From: Myxococcota bacterium
Lineage (GTDB): Bacteria; Myxococcota_A; UBA796; UBA2385
Length of the DNA stretch: 64,000 bases
Assembly: GCA_044344255.1 (NCBI GenBank)
Contig: JBIJDH010000020.1
Span: forward strand, 64,001-128,000
Direction of reading: 5' to 3'
Under the pieces are notes generated by a model. It worked only from the letters and a program-made list of their open reading frames with translations. It searched no databases and was not told the DNA's origin. Shown piece after piece: positions 28,152-38,106 of the stretch. Positions within the stretch are counted from its first letter, which is position 1. Every line of letters starts with the position of its first letter. A program made the position numbers and the translations under genes.

Positions 28152-29165
28152 TCAGGCCCGCAGGGCGAAGCGGTCACCGGGGAGCCGCTCCACCCGCCCG
28201 GCGAGCTCATGCGCGGAGAGCGCGCGCATCAGGGCCACAGCGTCGAGGGAGACGGCGGCCTGGAGGGCGTCGAAGGTGATGCCCGGGCGGATGGCGGCGA
28301 GCAGCGGATCGACCGGCCCGGCGGGCTTCGGCGGCTCGGGGGGGAGGCCGAGGTGGTCAAGCACGTCGGCGAGGGAGGTGGCCATCGGCGCCCCGTGGCG
28401 GAGGAGCGCGAGGCAGCCCGCCGCGTTCTCCATCAGGGGGTGGCCGGGCACGACGAGCAGCTCGCGACCGAACTCGAGGGCCTGCTTGGCGGTGATGAGG
28501 GCGCCGGAGCGCTCGCGGGCCTCGACCACCACGACCGCGCGGCTCATCCCGGCGATGATGCGGTTGCGCTGCGGGAAGGTGACCCGCGAGGCCCCGGTGC
28601 CCGGCAGGAGCTCGCTCAAGATGAGGCCCCCCGCGTCGAGGATGTGGTTGGCCATGCGCTCCTGGACGTGCGGGAGCCGCAGGTCGACCGCCTGGCCGAG
28701 CACCGCCACCGTGCGGGGCATCGAGGCCTCGTGGGCCGCGGAGTCGATGCCATGGGCGAGGCCGGAGACGACCACCTGCCCGGCCCGATGGAGCCCCGCC
28801 GAGAGGAGGCGAGCGAAGCGCATGCCGAGGTCGGTCGCGGCGCGCGAGCCGACGATCGCGATCGAGGGCTCGGTGAGCAGGGCCCGCGAACCCCGGAAGA
28901 AGAGCACCGGGGGCGCGAAGGGCAAGGGCCGCAGCAGCGCCGGGTAGTCGGGATCGGAGAGGGTGACGAAGTCGCCCCCGTCGAGGAGGGGCGGGGCGTC
29001 GAGCAGGGCCGCCGCCCGATCGGGCCGGAGCCCGAGGGCGACGAGCTCGGCCTCGCGGAGGTGAGGCAGGCGCGGCGGGGCCACCCCCGCCGAGAGCAGG
29101 GGGGACAGATCCAAACGGCCCGTCATTCGCGCGGCCGCGTGCCAGAATCCAGGGAGAACAGCCAT
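28152..29165 (-). CDS. dprA: DNA-processing protein DprA
   Basis: DYPALL, PPVLF, IAIVGSR, VSGLAHGIDSAAH, FPQRNRIIAG, VVVEA..SGALITA; C-terminal winged helix. Confidence 0.93.
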   Translation of the reverse strand: MAVLPGFWHAAARMTGRLDLSPLLSAGVAPPRLPHLREAELVALGLRPDRAAALLDAPPLLDGGDFVTLSDPDYPALLRPLPFAPPVLFFRGSRALLTEPSIAIVGSRAATDLGMRFARLLSAGLHRAGQVVVSGLAHGIDSAAHEASMPRTVAVLGQAVDLRLPHVQERMANHILDAGGLILSELLPGTGASRVTFPQRNRIIAGMSRAVVVVEARERSGALITAKQALEFGRELLVVPGHPLMENAAGCLALLRHGAPMATSLADVLDHLGLPPEPPKPAGPVDPLLAAIRPGITFDALQAAVSLDAVALMRALSAHELAGRVERLPGDRFALRA

Positions 29166-29242
29166 GGTGCCGAGTCCGGAGCGCGTCCCGTCAGGGGGTC
29201 GCGCAGAGGGGCACCGAGGGCAGACGACGGGGGTGCGCGCCC

Positions 29243-30145
29243 TTATCCCTCCGCCCCCGGCGCTGTCGAGGGGGCCGGCTTGCGCCCAGAGACCACCCGG
29301 TCGTGCCCGGCGAGGTCCTTCTTCACCGCGACGTCGACCAGGCCCGCCGCCCGGAAGAGCGCCGAGACAGCCGCGGCCTGGTCATGGCCGATCTCCACTG
29401 CCACCCCGAGCGTGGCCCGCGCCGCCGCCGCGGGGATCAGGGCCCGGTAGACGTCGAGGCCGTCCACCCCACCGTCGAGGGCCAGCCGGGGCTCGTGATC
29501 GCGCACCTCGGGCTGGAGCGTCGCCAGCACGGGCCGGGCGATGTAGGGCGGGTTCGAGACGACGAGGTCGATGCGCCGCGCGGGAGGGATGGGGTCGAGC
29601 AGGGAGCCCTGGAGCACCGCCACCCGAGCGCCGAGCGTGTGGGACGCCACGTTCTCGCGGGTGTTGGCCAGGGCCTCCGGCGAGAGGTCGACCGCGAAGA
29701 CCTTGACCGCAGGCCGGGCCAGCGCCAGGGACAGCCCGACGCAGCCCGTCCCGGCGCCGACGTCGGCCACGAAGAGGGCCTCACCCTCGGGCAGGAAGCC
29801 GAGCGCCACCTCGACCAGCGCCTCGGTGTCGGGGCGGGGCACGAGCACGCCGGGCAGCACGGTGAAGTCGTGGAGGTAGAAGCCCACCGAGCCGAGGATC
29901 CAGCCCAGCGGCTCCCGTCGCCCCCGCCGCGCGATGAGGGGCCGCACCCGGTCAAGCTCGGCGGCGGTGAGCGGGCGGTCGAACTGGAGGTAGAGCTGCA
30001 TCCGGCTCATCTCGAGCGCGTGGCCGATGAGCTGCTCCGCCTCGAAGCGCGGCGAAGGGACGCCCTTCTCCTTCAGGTAGGCCTCGGTCTTGCGCAAGAT
30101 ATCGACGACAGAAGGGAGGACGACAGAAGGCAAGTCGGCAGACAA
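29243..30145 (-). CDS. prmC: Release factor glutamine methyltransferase
   Basis: RREPLGWILG, LVPRPDTE, DVGAGTG, VSNPPY and EPRLALDGGVDGL. Confidence 0.93.
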   Translation of the reverse strand: MSADLPSVVLPSVVDILRKTEAYLKEKGVPSPRFEAEQLIGHALEMSRMQLYLQFDRPLTAAELDRVRPLIARRGRREPLGWILGSVGFYLHDFTVLPGVLVPRPDTEALVEVALGFLPEGEALFVADVGAGTGCVGLSLALARPAVKVFAVDLSPEALANTRENVASHTLGARVAVLQGSLLDPIPPARRIDLVVSNPPYIARPVLATLQPEVRDHEPRLALDGGVDGLDVYRALIPAAAARATLGVAVEIGHDQAAAVSALFRAAGLVDVAVKKDLAGHDRVVSGRKPAPSTAPGAEG

Positions 30146-30254
30146 GGGCGGCTCCGAAGCGCCCTGCTATCCCGGCGCCTCGCCGCGATCGCCCAGGCCC
30201 CGATCGCCCGGGATCGGTGGCCGCCTGTAAGGATCGACCCCGCCCTGGCGTAGG

Positions 30255-33200
30255 ATGCCCACCTGCGGGAGGTGTGGTGTGGCGGAAGGAAGCGAAAACT
30301 CGACCGAGCGGCTGAAGCGGAAGGGCAAGAAGGTCCTCGCCTGGACCCTCGGATCCATGGGCCTGCTGGCCCTGCTCTGCGCCTCCCGCGTCACGTGCCT
30401 GTCCTCCTGGGCCCTCTACGGGGTGCGGATCCCCGAGTGCCCCTCCGGGGACCTTCGACAGACCGCCGAGCTCGAAGCCTCCTCCCTCCGCCGGAACAGC
30501 GTCGGCTACGTCACGCTCCGCGCGTCGGCCCACTACACCACGGGCCAGGCAGACCAGGACCAGTCCGCCTATGTGCACCGCCTCGACGGGGAGCTCTCGC
30601 TGGTCGATGCGAGCGGCAAGGTCACCCCCCTCGAGCCCGAGGACGGCTGGGACGAGGACGGTGTCACCCTCTCCGCGCAGATCAAGCTCCCCGAGGTGCC
30701 GGACGGCGACTACACGCTCCGCGGCGTCGTCTCCACCCCGATCGGCGAGAGCACGGTAGAGGCGCCCCTCCCCATCTACGCCCCCGCCCGGGTGCATGTC
30801 ATCACCGACCGGCCCCTCTACGAGCCGGGCAACAGCATGGCCTTTCGTGCCGTCGTGCTGCGCGCGGCCGACCTCGCCCCCCTCGATGGGCGCCCCGGCA
30901 AGTGGATCGTGAAGGATCCTTCAGGCGAGGTGCTGCTCGAAGAGAAGGCCCCCGCCGGCGAGTGGGGCGTGGTCTCGGGCTCCTTCCCGATTGACCGCGA
31001 AGCCACGAGCGGCCCCTGGACGGTGAGCTGGGTCTCCGGAGATGCCTCGGCCGACGCCGTCGTCACCGTCGAGCCCTTCACCCTGCCGCGCTTCCGCGTC
31101 GAGGTCACCCCCAACCAGGGCTGGTATCGGCCGGGAGACCGCCCGGTCGTCACGGGGCGGGTGGTCTACAGCTCGGGCGCGCCGGTGGCCGGGGCCGCGG
31201 TGGAGCTCAATTGGAGCGTGTCCGGCGACTGGCCGCCCCCCACCGACTGGCTGGAGGGCGCGCTCCCGAAGGAGGCCATCACCGACAACGACGGGCGCTT
31301 CGTCCTCACGCTGCCTCAGATCCCCGCTGACCTCCAGGGCCGAAGCACCCTCTCCGCCAGCGTCGCCGCCACCGACCCCGCCGGAGACCGTGTGGGCGGC
31401 GGTCTGTCCCTGCTGCTGAGCGAAGATCCGCTCCAGGTCACGGCCGTCACCGAGCTCGGGGACGGGCTCGTCGAGGGCTTCAACAACCGCATGTACCTCC
31501 GGGCGACCACCCCCACGGGAGACCCCCTCGTCGGCACGACGCTGCGGCTCCGCCCCTCCTATGACCCCACCGCCAAGCCCCGCGAGGCCAAGACCGACGA
31601 GGACGGCGTCGCGGCCTTCCAGGTCGACCCCGGGCCCGCGATCAACGTGGTCATCCCCGCCAAACCCTATCGGCCCCCGGCCCGCGAGCCCGGGGTCAGT
31701 CGTTCGAACACCCAGGCCCTCCTCGGCAATGGGGAGGATGAGCTGCCGCTGGCCGACCAGCTCGCCCTCGACCGCCTCGTGGGGGGACTCCAGGACTGCG
31801 CACGTTTCGTGAGCGGCAGCGAGAACGCCCATGTGGCGCTGGTCATCGAGGCCTCGGGCGCCATCCGCGACGCCGTGGCCCTCGGTCGGCCGGGTGAGTG
31901 TCTCGCCGCTGGCCTCCGCGGCCGCTCCCTGTCGGCGACCGGCACCACCCGGGTCTACTCGGTCGATTATTCTATCACCGACCAGGACCTGCCGAAGGTC
32001 AGCTACAGCCAGGACGAGGCCACCGGCTCGAACGGAGAGGTCTCTGAGCTGCTCAATCTCGCCGTGCTCGACGCCCGGAGCTGCCTCCCGGCCGACCTCT
32101 CCGACACCGACCTCGGTCAGGCCCTGCTCTGGCGGGTGCGCGCCGGCAGCACGGTGATCGAGCCGAGCTGGGCCTCCAACGGCGAGGGCACCGCCCTCCG
32201 CCCGGACACCGTGGCCTGCTTGAAGGAGCGGCTGCCCCCCCGCCGCCTCCCCGAGCCGGCCGACGAAGATGCCCTCGCGGTCGTCACCTTCGCGGTCTCC
32301 CCCTCTCCCCGGGCCAGCGCCGAGCGCCCGCAGCCCACCACTCTGCTCGGCTACAGCTTCCGCGTGTCGGCGGGAGAGGGCGACGAGAAGATCGGTGAGA
32401 CCACCCTCGTCCAGCGGCCGGGCACGGTGCCGAACCTCCGGATCCGCGCCACCCCGGTGCTCGCCAAGGCCGGAGACGCGGTGGAGATCGAGCTCCTCCG
32501 CGGGCCCGACTTCAACAGCGAGCTCCCCGAGAAGCTCCAGATGACGAGCCCCAAATTCAAGGCCCTCGAGGTCGAGCTGGACAAGGAGACCCGAAAGACC
32601 ACCTTCACCCTCCCGCCCGACGCCGAGGGCTGGTTCCAGGTGAGCGTGATGGGGGCCCTCGCGCGGGTCTTCGTGGCGCCGAAGTCGCAGCTCCAGCTCG
32701 AGCTCTCCTCCGACAAGCGGGTCTATGCCCCCGGAGAGACCGCCACCCTCGGCCTGCTCACCACCGAGGGCGGACAGGGTGTACAGGCGGCGGTCACCCT
32801 GATCGGCGTCGATCAGAGCCTCGGTCAGCTCGCCCCCCTGCCCGGCGCCGACCACATGGGCGGGCTCCGCCCCAAGGTCACCACAAACCAAGCGGCCTTC
32901 GACATCCTCGACGGCGAGGCCCTCTCGCTCGGGCGCGTGCGGGGAGCGAACGCCGCCGCCGCCGTGGTCTTGCGCGTGAGCGACGTCCCCCAACCCGAAG
33001 ACCTCGACCGCTACACGAGCGCCAGCGGGCGGGGCCGCTTCGACGCCGTGGCCGACCTCACCGACCACTTCTACACCGTGCTCGGTGAGCTCCACAACGC
33101 GGTGCGGGCCTGGGAGAAGGCCGCGGGCAAGGATGAGAAGATGAAGCCGGAGAAGATGGCCGAGCTCTGGGAGACGGCCCTCGAGGCCGCCGCCGGCAAG

Positions 33201-33362
33201 AAGCAGCCCGTGACCGACGCCTACGGCCGCCGCATCCGCCTCTCCCAGCTCCCGCCCGACCTCCTCGCCCTCACCGACCCGCGCGCCGTCGTCATCGACG
33301 GCACCCACCTCCCTGAAGACATCGAGAACTGGTCCGCCTGGGTCGCCCGGGAGCAGCCATGA
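30255..33362 (+). CDS. A2M-like N-terminal chain (MG domains), with no bait, TED or C-terminal part
   Basis: ITDRPLYEPG (MG2); VEPFTLPRFRVEV; YSSGAPVAGA; LSSDKRVYAPGE..IGVDQSL; N-terminal TM/signal. The start is uncertain. Confidence 0.8.
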   Translation: MPTCGRCGVAEGSENSTERLKRKGKKVLAWTLGSMGLLALLCASRVTCLSSWALYGVRIPECPSGDLRQTAELEASSLRRNSVGYVTLRASAHYTTGQADQDQSAYVHRLDGELSLVDASGKVTPLEPEDGWDEDGVTLSAQIKLPEVPDGDYTLRGVVSTPIGESTVEAPLPIYAPARVHVITDRPLYEPGNSMAFRAVVLRAADLAPLDGRPGKWIVKDPSGEVLLEEKAPAGEWGVVSGSFPIDREATSGPWTVSWVSGDASADAVVTVEPFTLPRFRVEVTPNQGWYRPGDRPVVTGRVVYSSGAPVAGAAVELNWSVSGDWPPPTDWLEGALPKEAITDNDGRFVLTLPQIPADLQGRSTLSASVAATDPAGDRVGGGLSLLLSEDPLQVTAVTELGDGLVEGFNNRMYLRATTPTGDPLVGTTLRLRPSYDPTAKPREAKTDEDGVAAFQVDPGPAINVVIPAKPYRPPAREPGVSRSNTQALLGNGEDELPLADQLALDRLVGGLQDCARFVSGSENAHVALVIEASGAIRDAVALGRPGECLAAGLRGRSLSATGTTRVYSVDYSITDQDLPKVSYSQDEATGSNGEVSELLNLAVLDARSCLPADLSDTDLGQALLWRVRAGSTVIEPSWASNGEGTALRPDTVACLKERLPPRRLPEPADEDALAVVTFAVSPSPRASAERPQPTTLLGYSFRVSAGEGDEKIGETTLVQRPGTVPNLRIRATPVLAKAGDAVEIELLRGPDFNSELPEKLQMTSPKFKALEVELDKETRKTTFTLPPDAEGWFQVSVMGALARVFVAPKSQLQLELSSDKRVYAPGETATLGLLTTEGGQGVQAAVTLIGVDQSLGQLAPLPGADHMGGLRPKVTTNQAAFDILDGEALSLGRVRGANAAAAVVLRVSDVPQPEDLDRYTSASGRGRFDAVADLTDHFYTVLGELHNAVRAWEKAAGKDEKMKPEKMAELWETALEAAAGKKQPVTDAYGRRIRLSQLPPDLLALTDPRAVVIDGTHLPEDIENWSAWVAREQP

Positions 33363-35743
33363 GCCTCACCGCCCCCCGCGCCCTCCTCCCCCTCGGCCTC
33401 TCTGCGGTCGCCCTCGCGGGCTGCGCCGACCGTGAAGCGTCGAAGTCGGCCCCCCCCGCGCCGATGGAGGAGAGCGTCGAGCAGGACCTCCGCGCGATCG
33501 GCTACGACGGCGCTGGCATCGCCACCGGCGGCGCCGCGGCCCCCGCCTCCGCCGCGCCGATGGCCAAGAAAGAGGTTGGCCGGGTCGGCCGAAAGATGAA
33601 GGCCGACAAGCCCGCCGACGAGGCCCCGATGGCGGAGGCAGCGCCGAGCGAGGCCGACTCCGAGGGCGGCGAGGCGGCGCCCTCCCGCTCCTGGTTCCCC
33701 GAGACCTTCCTCTTCCAGCCCCGGGTGGTGACCGACCGCGACGGCCGGGCCTCCGTCCCCGTGCGCATCCCCGACCGGCTCACCACCTGGCGCGTCCTCG
33801 GCCTCGCCTGGTCCCGACAGGGCGGTCAGTCCGGCGACACCACCGAGCTGCTCGGCACCCTGCCCGTCTATGTAGACCCTGTCCTCCCCGCCTTCCTCAA
33901 GGCCGGTGACCGCCTGCGCCTGCCCATCCAGGTCGTCAACACCACCGACGGCCCCCTCACCGTGCCCCTGCGGGTCAACGCCGGCGGCGCCGCGCACCTC
34001 GCGAGCGCTGGCACCGTCTCTCTCCCCGCCGGGGGGAGCCGCGTCTCCTATGTCGAGCTCTACGCCGAGCAGGCCGGCACCGTCTCCCTCGAGGCCTCTA
34101 TCGGCAGCAAGGACGCCGTCGTGCGCACCTTCCCCGTCGAGCCCGTCGGCCGCAAGCTCGAGCAGACCCGCGGCGGCACCCTCGCCGCCCCCCGACAGGT
34201 CGAGCTCATCGGCGCGAGTGACCTGGACCCCGCCAGCGCCCGCGTGCGCCTCCTCGTCTATCCGGGCGCCAAGGCCATCCTCCAGAGCGAGCTCGCCACG
34301 GCGTTGGACCGCGGTGGGGTCGCCTCGACAGGCTATTCGCTGCTCCTATCGGGACAGGGCGCCGCCCTACTGCAGTCCCTCGGCGTCCCCGTCTCCGCCA
34401 CCGGCGCCGACGATGACGCCCGCGCCGCCGCTTCCGCCCTCCACGACATGGGCCTCCTCGCCGGCCAGCGGGCCGTCCGCTTCGGCCGCGCGCCGGACAC
34501 CGCCAGCGCCGCCCTCCTCGCCGAGGGCTGCCTCGCCCACCCCGAGAGCCCCGTCATCGCGCGCCTGGGCGAGCGACTCCTCGGCCAGCTCGTCGCAGGG
34601 CAGCGCCCCGACGGCACCTTCGGCGGGGACAGCAGCGGCGCCTGGACGCTCCAGCGCCTCCTCCTCGCCACCGCAGACGCCGCCGCCACCGTCCGCCGCG
34701 CCGCCCAGTCGCCGACCGGGGACAGAGACCTCGACGCCAAACGAAAGCGCGACGCCGCCGCCGTCTCCCTCCGCGCCGGCGGCGCCTTCGAGCGCTACGC
34801 CGCCCAGGTCACCGACCCCTACACCGCCGCCGCCATCCTCCGCTCCGGCGCCATCTCCGGCGACCTCGCCGCCACGCTCCTCGAGCGGGTCGAGTCCGGC
34901 CTCGTCGAGAACCTCGACGGCTCCCGGTCCCTCCCCGTCCCCGAGGGCGTCGTCCGCGCCGACGGTGCGGTCCCCTCCGGCGTCGAGGCCACCGCGATGG
35001 CCGTCCTCGCCCTCGAGGGCCGCGGAAAGGACGACACGGTCGCCGATCTCGGCGCCTCCCTCCTCGGCGCCTGGCGCCCCGGCCGCGGCTGGAGCGACGG
35101 CCGGACAGACCTCCTCGCGCTGCAGGCCGTGCTCGCCCTCTTCAAAGACCCCATGCCGAACACGGTGACCGTCACCCTCTCGATGGACGGCGCCCCGGTC
35201 GGAAAGAAGGTGCTGGGCCTCGCCGAGCTCGATGAGGTCTCCCTCCTCGACCTCCCCGCCACCGCCGCCCGCGGCCTCCACACCTGGACCGTCTCCGCCG
35301 AGCCCGCCGTCCCCGGCCTCGGCTTCGCCCTCACCCTCGAGAGCTGGGTGCCCTTCGTCGCCACCCCCCAGAACGGCCTCGAGCTCCAGGTCACCACCGG
35401 AGAGGCGCCGGCGGTCGGTCGAAAGGTGCCCGTGATGGTGCAGGCCGCCGCACCCGCCGGGATGGCCCTCGTCTATCGACAGGAGCTCCCGGCTGGCGTC
35501 GTCCCCGATATGGACAGCCTCCAGGCTCTCGTGACGAGCGGCACGATCTCGAAATTCGACACCGAGGACGGCGCCCTGTCCTTCAACATCCCCGCCCTGT
35601 CACCCGGGCAGGTCTTCTCCGCCGGCTATGCGCTCGTACCCACCCTCGCAGGCACGCTCCACAGCGGGCCCGCCTCGCTCAGCCCCGCGGCGGACCTCGA
35701 CGTGGCCGCGCTCTCTGTGCCGGGGGTGTGGACGGTGCGGTGA
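33359..35743 (+). CDS. A2M-like C-terminal chain, lipoprotein, no thioester motif (copy 1)
   Basis: LAGC lipobox; low-complexity segment; RSWFPETFLFQP, IPDRLTTWR, PAFLKAGD, QRPDGTFG; no CxEQ. ATGA overlap with the upstream gene. Confidence 0.85.
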   Translation: MSLTAPRALLPLGLSAVALAGCADREASKSAPPAPMEESVEQDLRAIGYDGAGIATGGAAAPASAAPMAKKEVGRVGRKMKADKPADEAPMAEAAPSEADSEGGEAAPSRSWFPETFLFQPRVVTDRDGRASVPVRIPDRLTTWRVLGLAWSRQGGQSGDTTELLGTLPVYVDPVLPAFLKAGDRLRLPIQVVNTTDGPLTVPLRVNAGGAAHLASAGTVSLPAGGSRVSYVELYAEQAGTVSLEASIGSKDAVVRTFPVEPVGRKLEQTRGGTLAAPRQVELIGASDLDPASARVRLLVYPGAKAILQSELATALDRGGVASTGYSLLLSGQGAALLQSLGVPVSATGADDDARAAASALHDMGLLAGQRAVRFGRAPDTASAALLAEGCLAHPESPVIARLGERLLGQLVAGQRPDGTFGGDSSGAWTLQRLLLATADAAATVRRAAQSPTGDRDLDAKRKRDAAAVSLRAGGAFERYAAQVTDPYTAAAILRSGAISGDLAATLLERVESGLVENLDGSRSLPVPEGVVRADGAVPSGVEATAMAVLALEGRGKDDTVADLGASLLGAWRPGRGWSDGRTDLLALQAVLALFKDPMPNTVTVTLSMDGAPVGKKVLGLAELDEVSLLDLPATAARGLHTWTVSAEPAVPGLGFALTLESWVPFVATPQNGLELQVTTGEAPAVGRKVPVMVQAAAPAGMALVYRQELPAGVVPDMDSLQALVTSGTISKFDTEDGALSFNIPALSPGQVFSAGYALVPTLAGTLHSGPASLSPAADLDVAALSVPGVWTVR
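33653..35743 (+). repeat. Direct repeat, copy 1 (about 2.09 kb), matching 58473-60563
   Basis: Manual alignment at constant offset 24,820 with no indels; about 58 substitutions counted by hand (about 97% identity). Confidence 0.97.
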
Positions 35744-35872
35744 GTCGACAAGCTGCGCAGGGTCATGGAGACGGGCGAAGGCCAACCAGAGAGCGCCTCC
35801 GCCATCGGGTTCGCGACTATTGCTCCGGTGAGCAGGCTGCCCCGAAGGACGCGGCCTGCCGAGGGCCCGACC

Positions 35873-37852
35873 ATGCTCCGCTTCCATCGTCTGCTGCATG
35901 TCCCATCCCGTGCGCCCTTCGTTGGGGCAACACTGCTGCTGTTCGGCTGCTTCGCGGAGCGCAGCAAGTGGAGCCCCGCGTGGGAGGGGTTCGAGGCTCA
36001 GCACCAGGAGACCCTGTACGTCGGGCACGCGCTCACCGCCGGGGCGCCGATCGTGGACAAGGACGGCTCGGCGTACGTGACCGTCGCCCCCGAAGCCCGG
36101 TGTAAGGAGGCGAAGTACGGCCAGCGGATGCGGGTCGACCACCGGGCAAAGACCCCCGGCCAGGTGATCGCGTTGAACGCCACGATCGCAGGAACAATTA
36201 TCGGAGCCGGGACGGCCATCTACGGAGCGACCCAGACCGACGTCGAGCTCGCCATCATCGGCGGCAGCGTATGGGCTGTCGCGCTGCCGCTCCCCCTAAT
36301 CTTCGACGGGGCGAAGGCCAGGGTACGCGTCCAGCCCCAGCTGACCCGAAGGGTGCCCATTCAAGACATGTCGACATGGGCGACCGACAAGTCCAGCCCC
36401 TGCGCCGACGAGATCGCTGTGCCGACCCTCTCGCCCCGAGCCGGTCTCGTGGTGGGGCTGCCCGATGCGGCCGCGAAGCTCGGCGGCGCCGTGCCCGTCT
36501 CCTGGGAGGCTCCCGGTACGGTGAAGCTCTCCGGCGAAGGCATGCGGCCGCTGAAGTCCTGGACCCATGAGTGCGCCCTCGAGGAAGAGGTCACCCTCTG
36601 GATCGGCCTGGGCGGACTGCCGGCGGGGATCGACCGCTCGTCAACGCCGCCGGACCTCACCTGGGTGAACGAGCACCGGGGGTCTCCATCCGCGGCGCAG
36701 TCCGGGGCGGCGACGGTGAAGCTCAACTTCGGGCCACCGACACGGGGAGAATTGGTGGGGGACGGGCCGCTGATGGACGCCGCTGATCGAGCCGCCTATG
36801 GGGCCCGCGCGGCCATCGCGAGGGCGGACCGAGCGGAACAAGAGCGTCAGGCGCTCGCCGCCGAGAAAGCCCAGCGGGAACAGCTGCAGGCGGAGCAGGA
36901 GGCCGAGGAGCGGCGCGCCCAACAGGTGGCGCAGCTCCAATGGGAAGCCGAGCAGCGGGAGGCCGCCGAGCGGGCGGAGCTCCGTCGGCAGGCCAACGTG
37001 AACGCGCTCATCACCGGCCTTCAGACCTTCACAGAGGAGGTGGGTGAGGTCGCGCGGACGAATGACGAGAAGCTGCGCCAGCTCCAGGACGACGCGCGGG
37101 CCCAACAAGCCTCCAAGCAGGCGGCGCAAGACCGCGCCGCGATCGAGCGGGCGTAGGCCGACCAATCGGCCGCCACAGAGAGGATCATGGCCCAGGAAGC
37201 GCGGGCGGCACGCCTTCAAGAGGAGGCGCAAGCTCGACGCGCGCGAGCGGAGCTCCCGCCCACGATGAAGCCGTCGGGCCCCCAGCCCACACCAAGCAGC
37301 GATGGAAACACAGCCTCAAACCAACCAGCAGGACTCACCGTGTCCATCGTACGGGGCTCCACGCCTGAAGATCAACGAACGCGCGCCGCGGAGGCCGCCG
37401 CCCGCGCCGCAGCGCGGGCCCGGGCCGACGCGGAGGCCCAGGCGACTCGGGCCGCCATCCCGACCGGCGCCGCCATCTGGGGCGTCCGTGCTCCCGCCGC
37501 CACCGCCCCGAGCGCAGCCTCCCCACCCACGCCTCGCGCGGGCTGCGGGGGTCCAGCCGACGAGCGGCGGGCTCCCTTGCCGAGCTGTGTTCGCGTCCTG
37601 TCCCAAGTCGCTGGTGAGGCCTGCGGCCAAAGGACGAGCCTCGCGGTGAGAGTGGTCAATCAGTGCGACCAACGCATCGTGGCCGAGATCTGCTTCCCTC
37701 GTGCCAATGGCACGCCGTCCTGCGGGATGCGCGGAATGTTGCCCGACGCGACGTGGTCCACCGACCTCTGCGCCGACTCGGATGGCACCTGGACCTACCG
37801 AGCGGCCTTCTCCGCCGAGGGTAAGCGGGACTGGGTGTGTTTCTACGAGTGA
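35873..37852 (+). pseudogene. Exported coiled-coil protein interrupted by an in-frame TAG at 37154-37156
   Basis: ORFs 35765..37156 and 37187..37852 share a frame, and the coiled coil continues across the stop (IERA*ADQSAATERIMAQEARAARLQEE). The C-terminal domain is Cys-rich. Confidence 0.65.
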
Positions 37853-37891
37853 GCGCAGCTCTATGAAAGGCGGCATCCGCCCCGACCAGGG

Positions 37892-37926
37892 CCCTCACCC
37901 TGTCCCTCCCCCACGAGGGGAGGGGG
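37892..37926. repeat. REP-like palindromic element of the CCCTCACCC..CCCTC(T)CCC..GGGAG(A)GGG type
   Basis: CCCTCACCCTGTCCCTCCCCCACGAGGGGAGGGGG, with stem CCCTCCCC/GGGGAGGG. Single copy in this window. Confidence 0.5.
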
Positions 37927-38106
37927 CCGGGAAGGGCGTGGAAGCGGGCCCTCGGCCAGAGCGGGGCGAGGAGGAGGCGCTGCACTTCGTGGAGGGGCGC
38001 TTCAGCGTCGATCTGCACGGGAAGCGGGCGCTGTCGCTGGCCCACGGAACGCGGGGCCAGTACACTGGGTCCGGGGAAACCGGTTCGAGCCCAGCCAGGC
38101 GCACTC

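Noticed and set aside
37154..37156. Pyrrolysine or genome-wide TAG recoding
   Set aside because: TAG terminates several intact genes here (for example 3039, 7444, 45913), and no pyl genes are visible.
37930..38100. Possible kinase-like gene fragment on the minus strand (QIDAEAPLHEVQRLL)
   Set aside because: Too short, and the resemblance could be chance.
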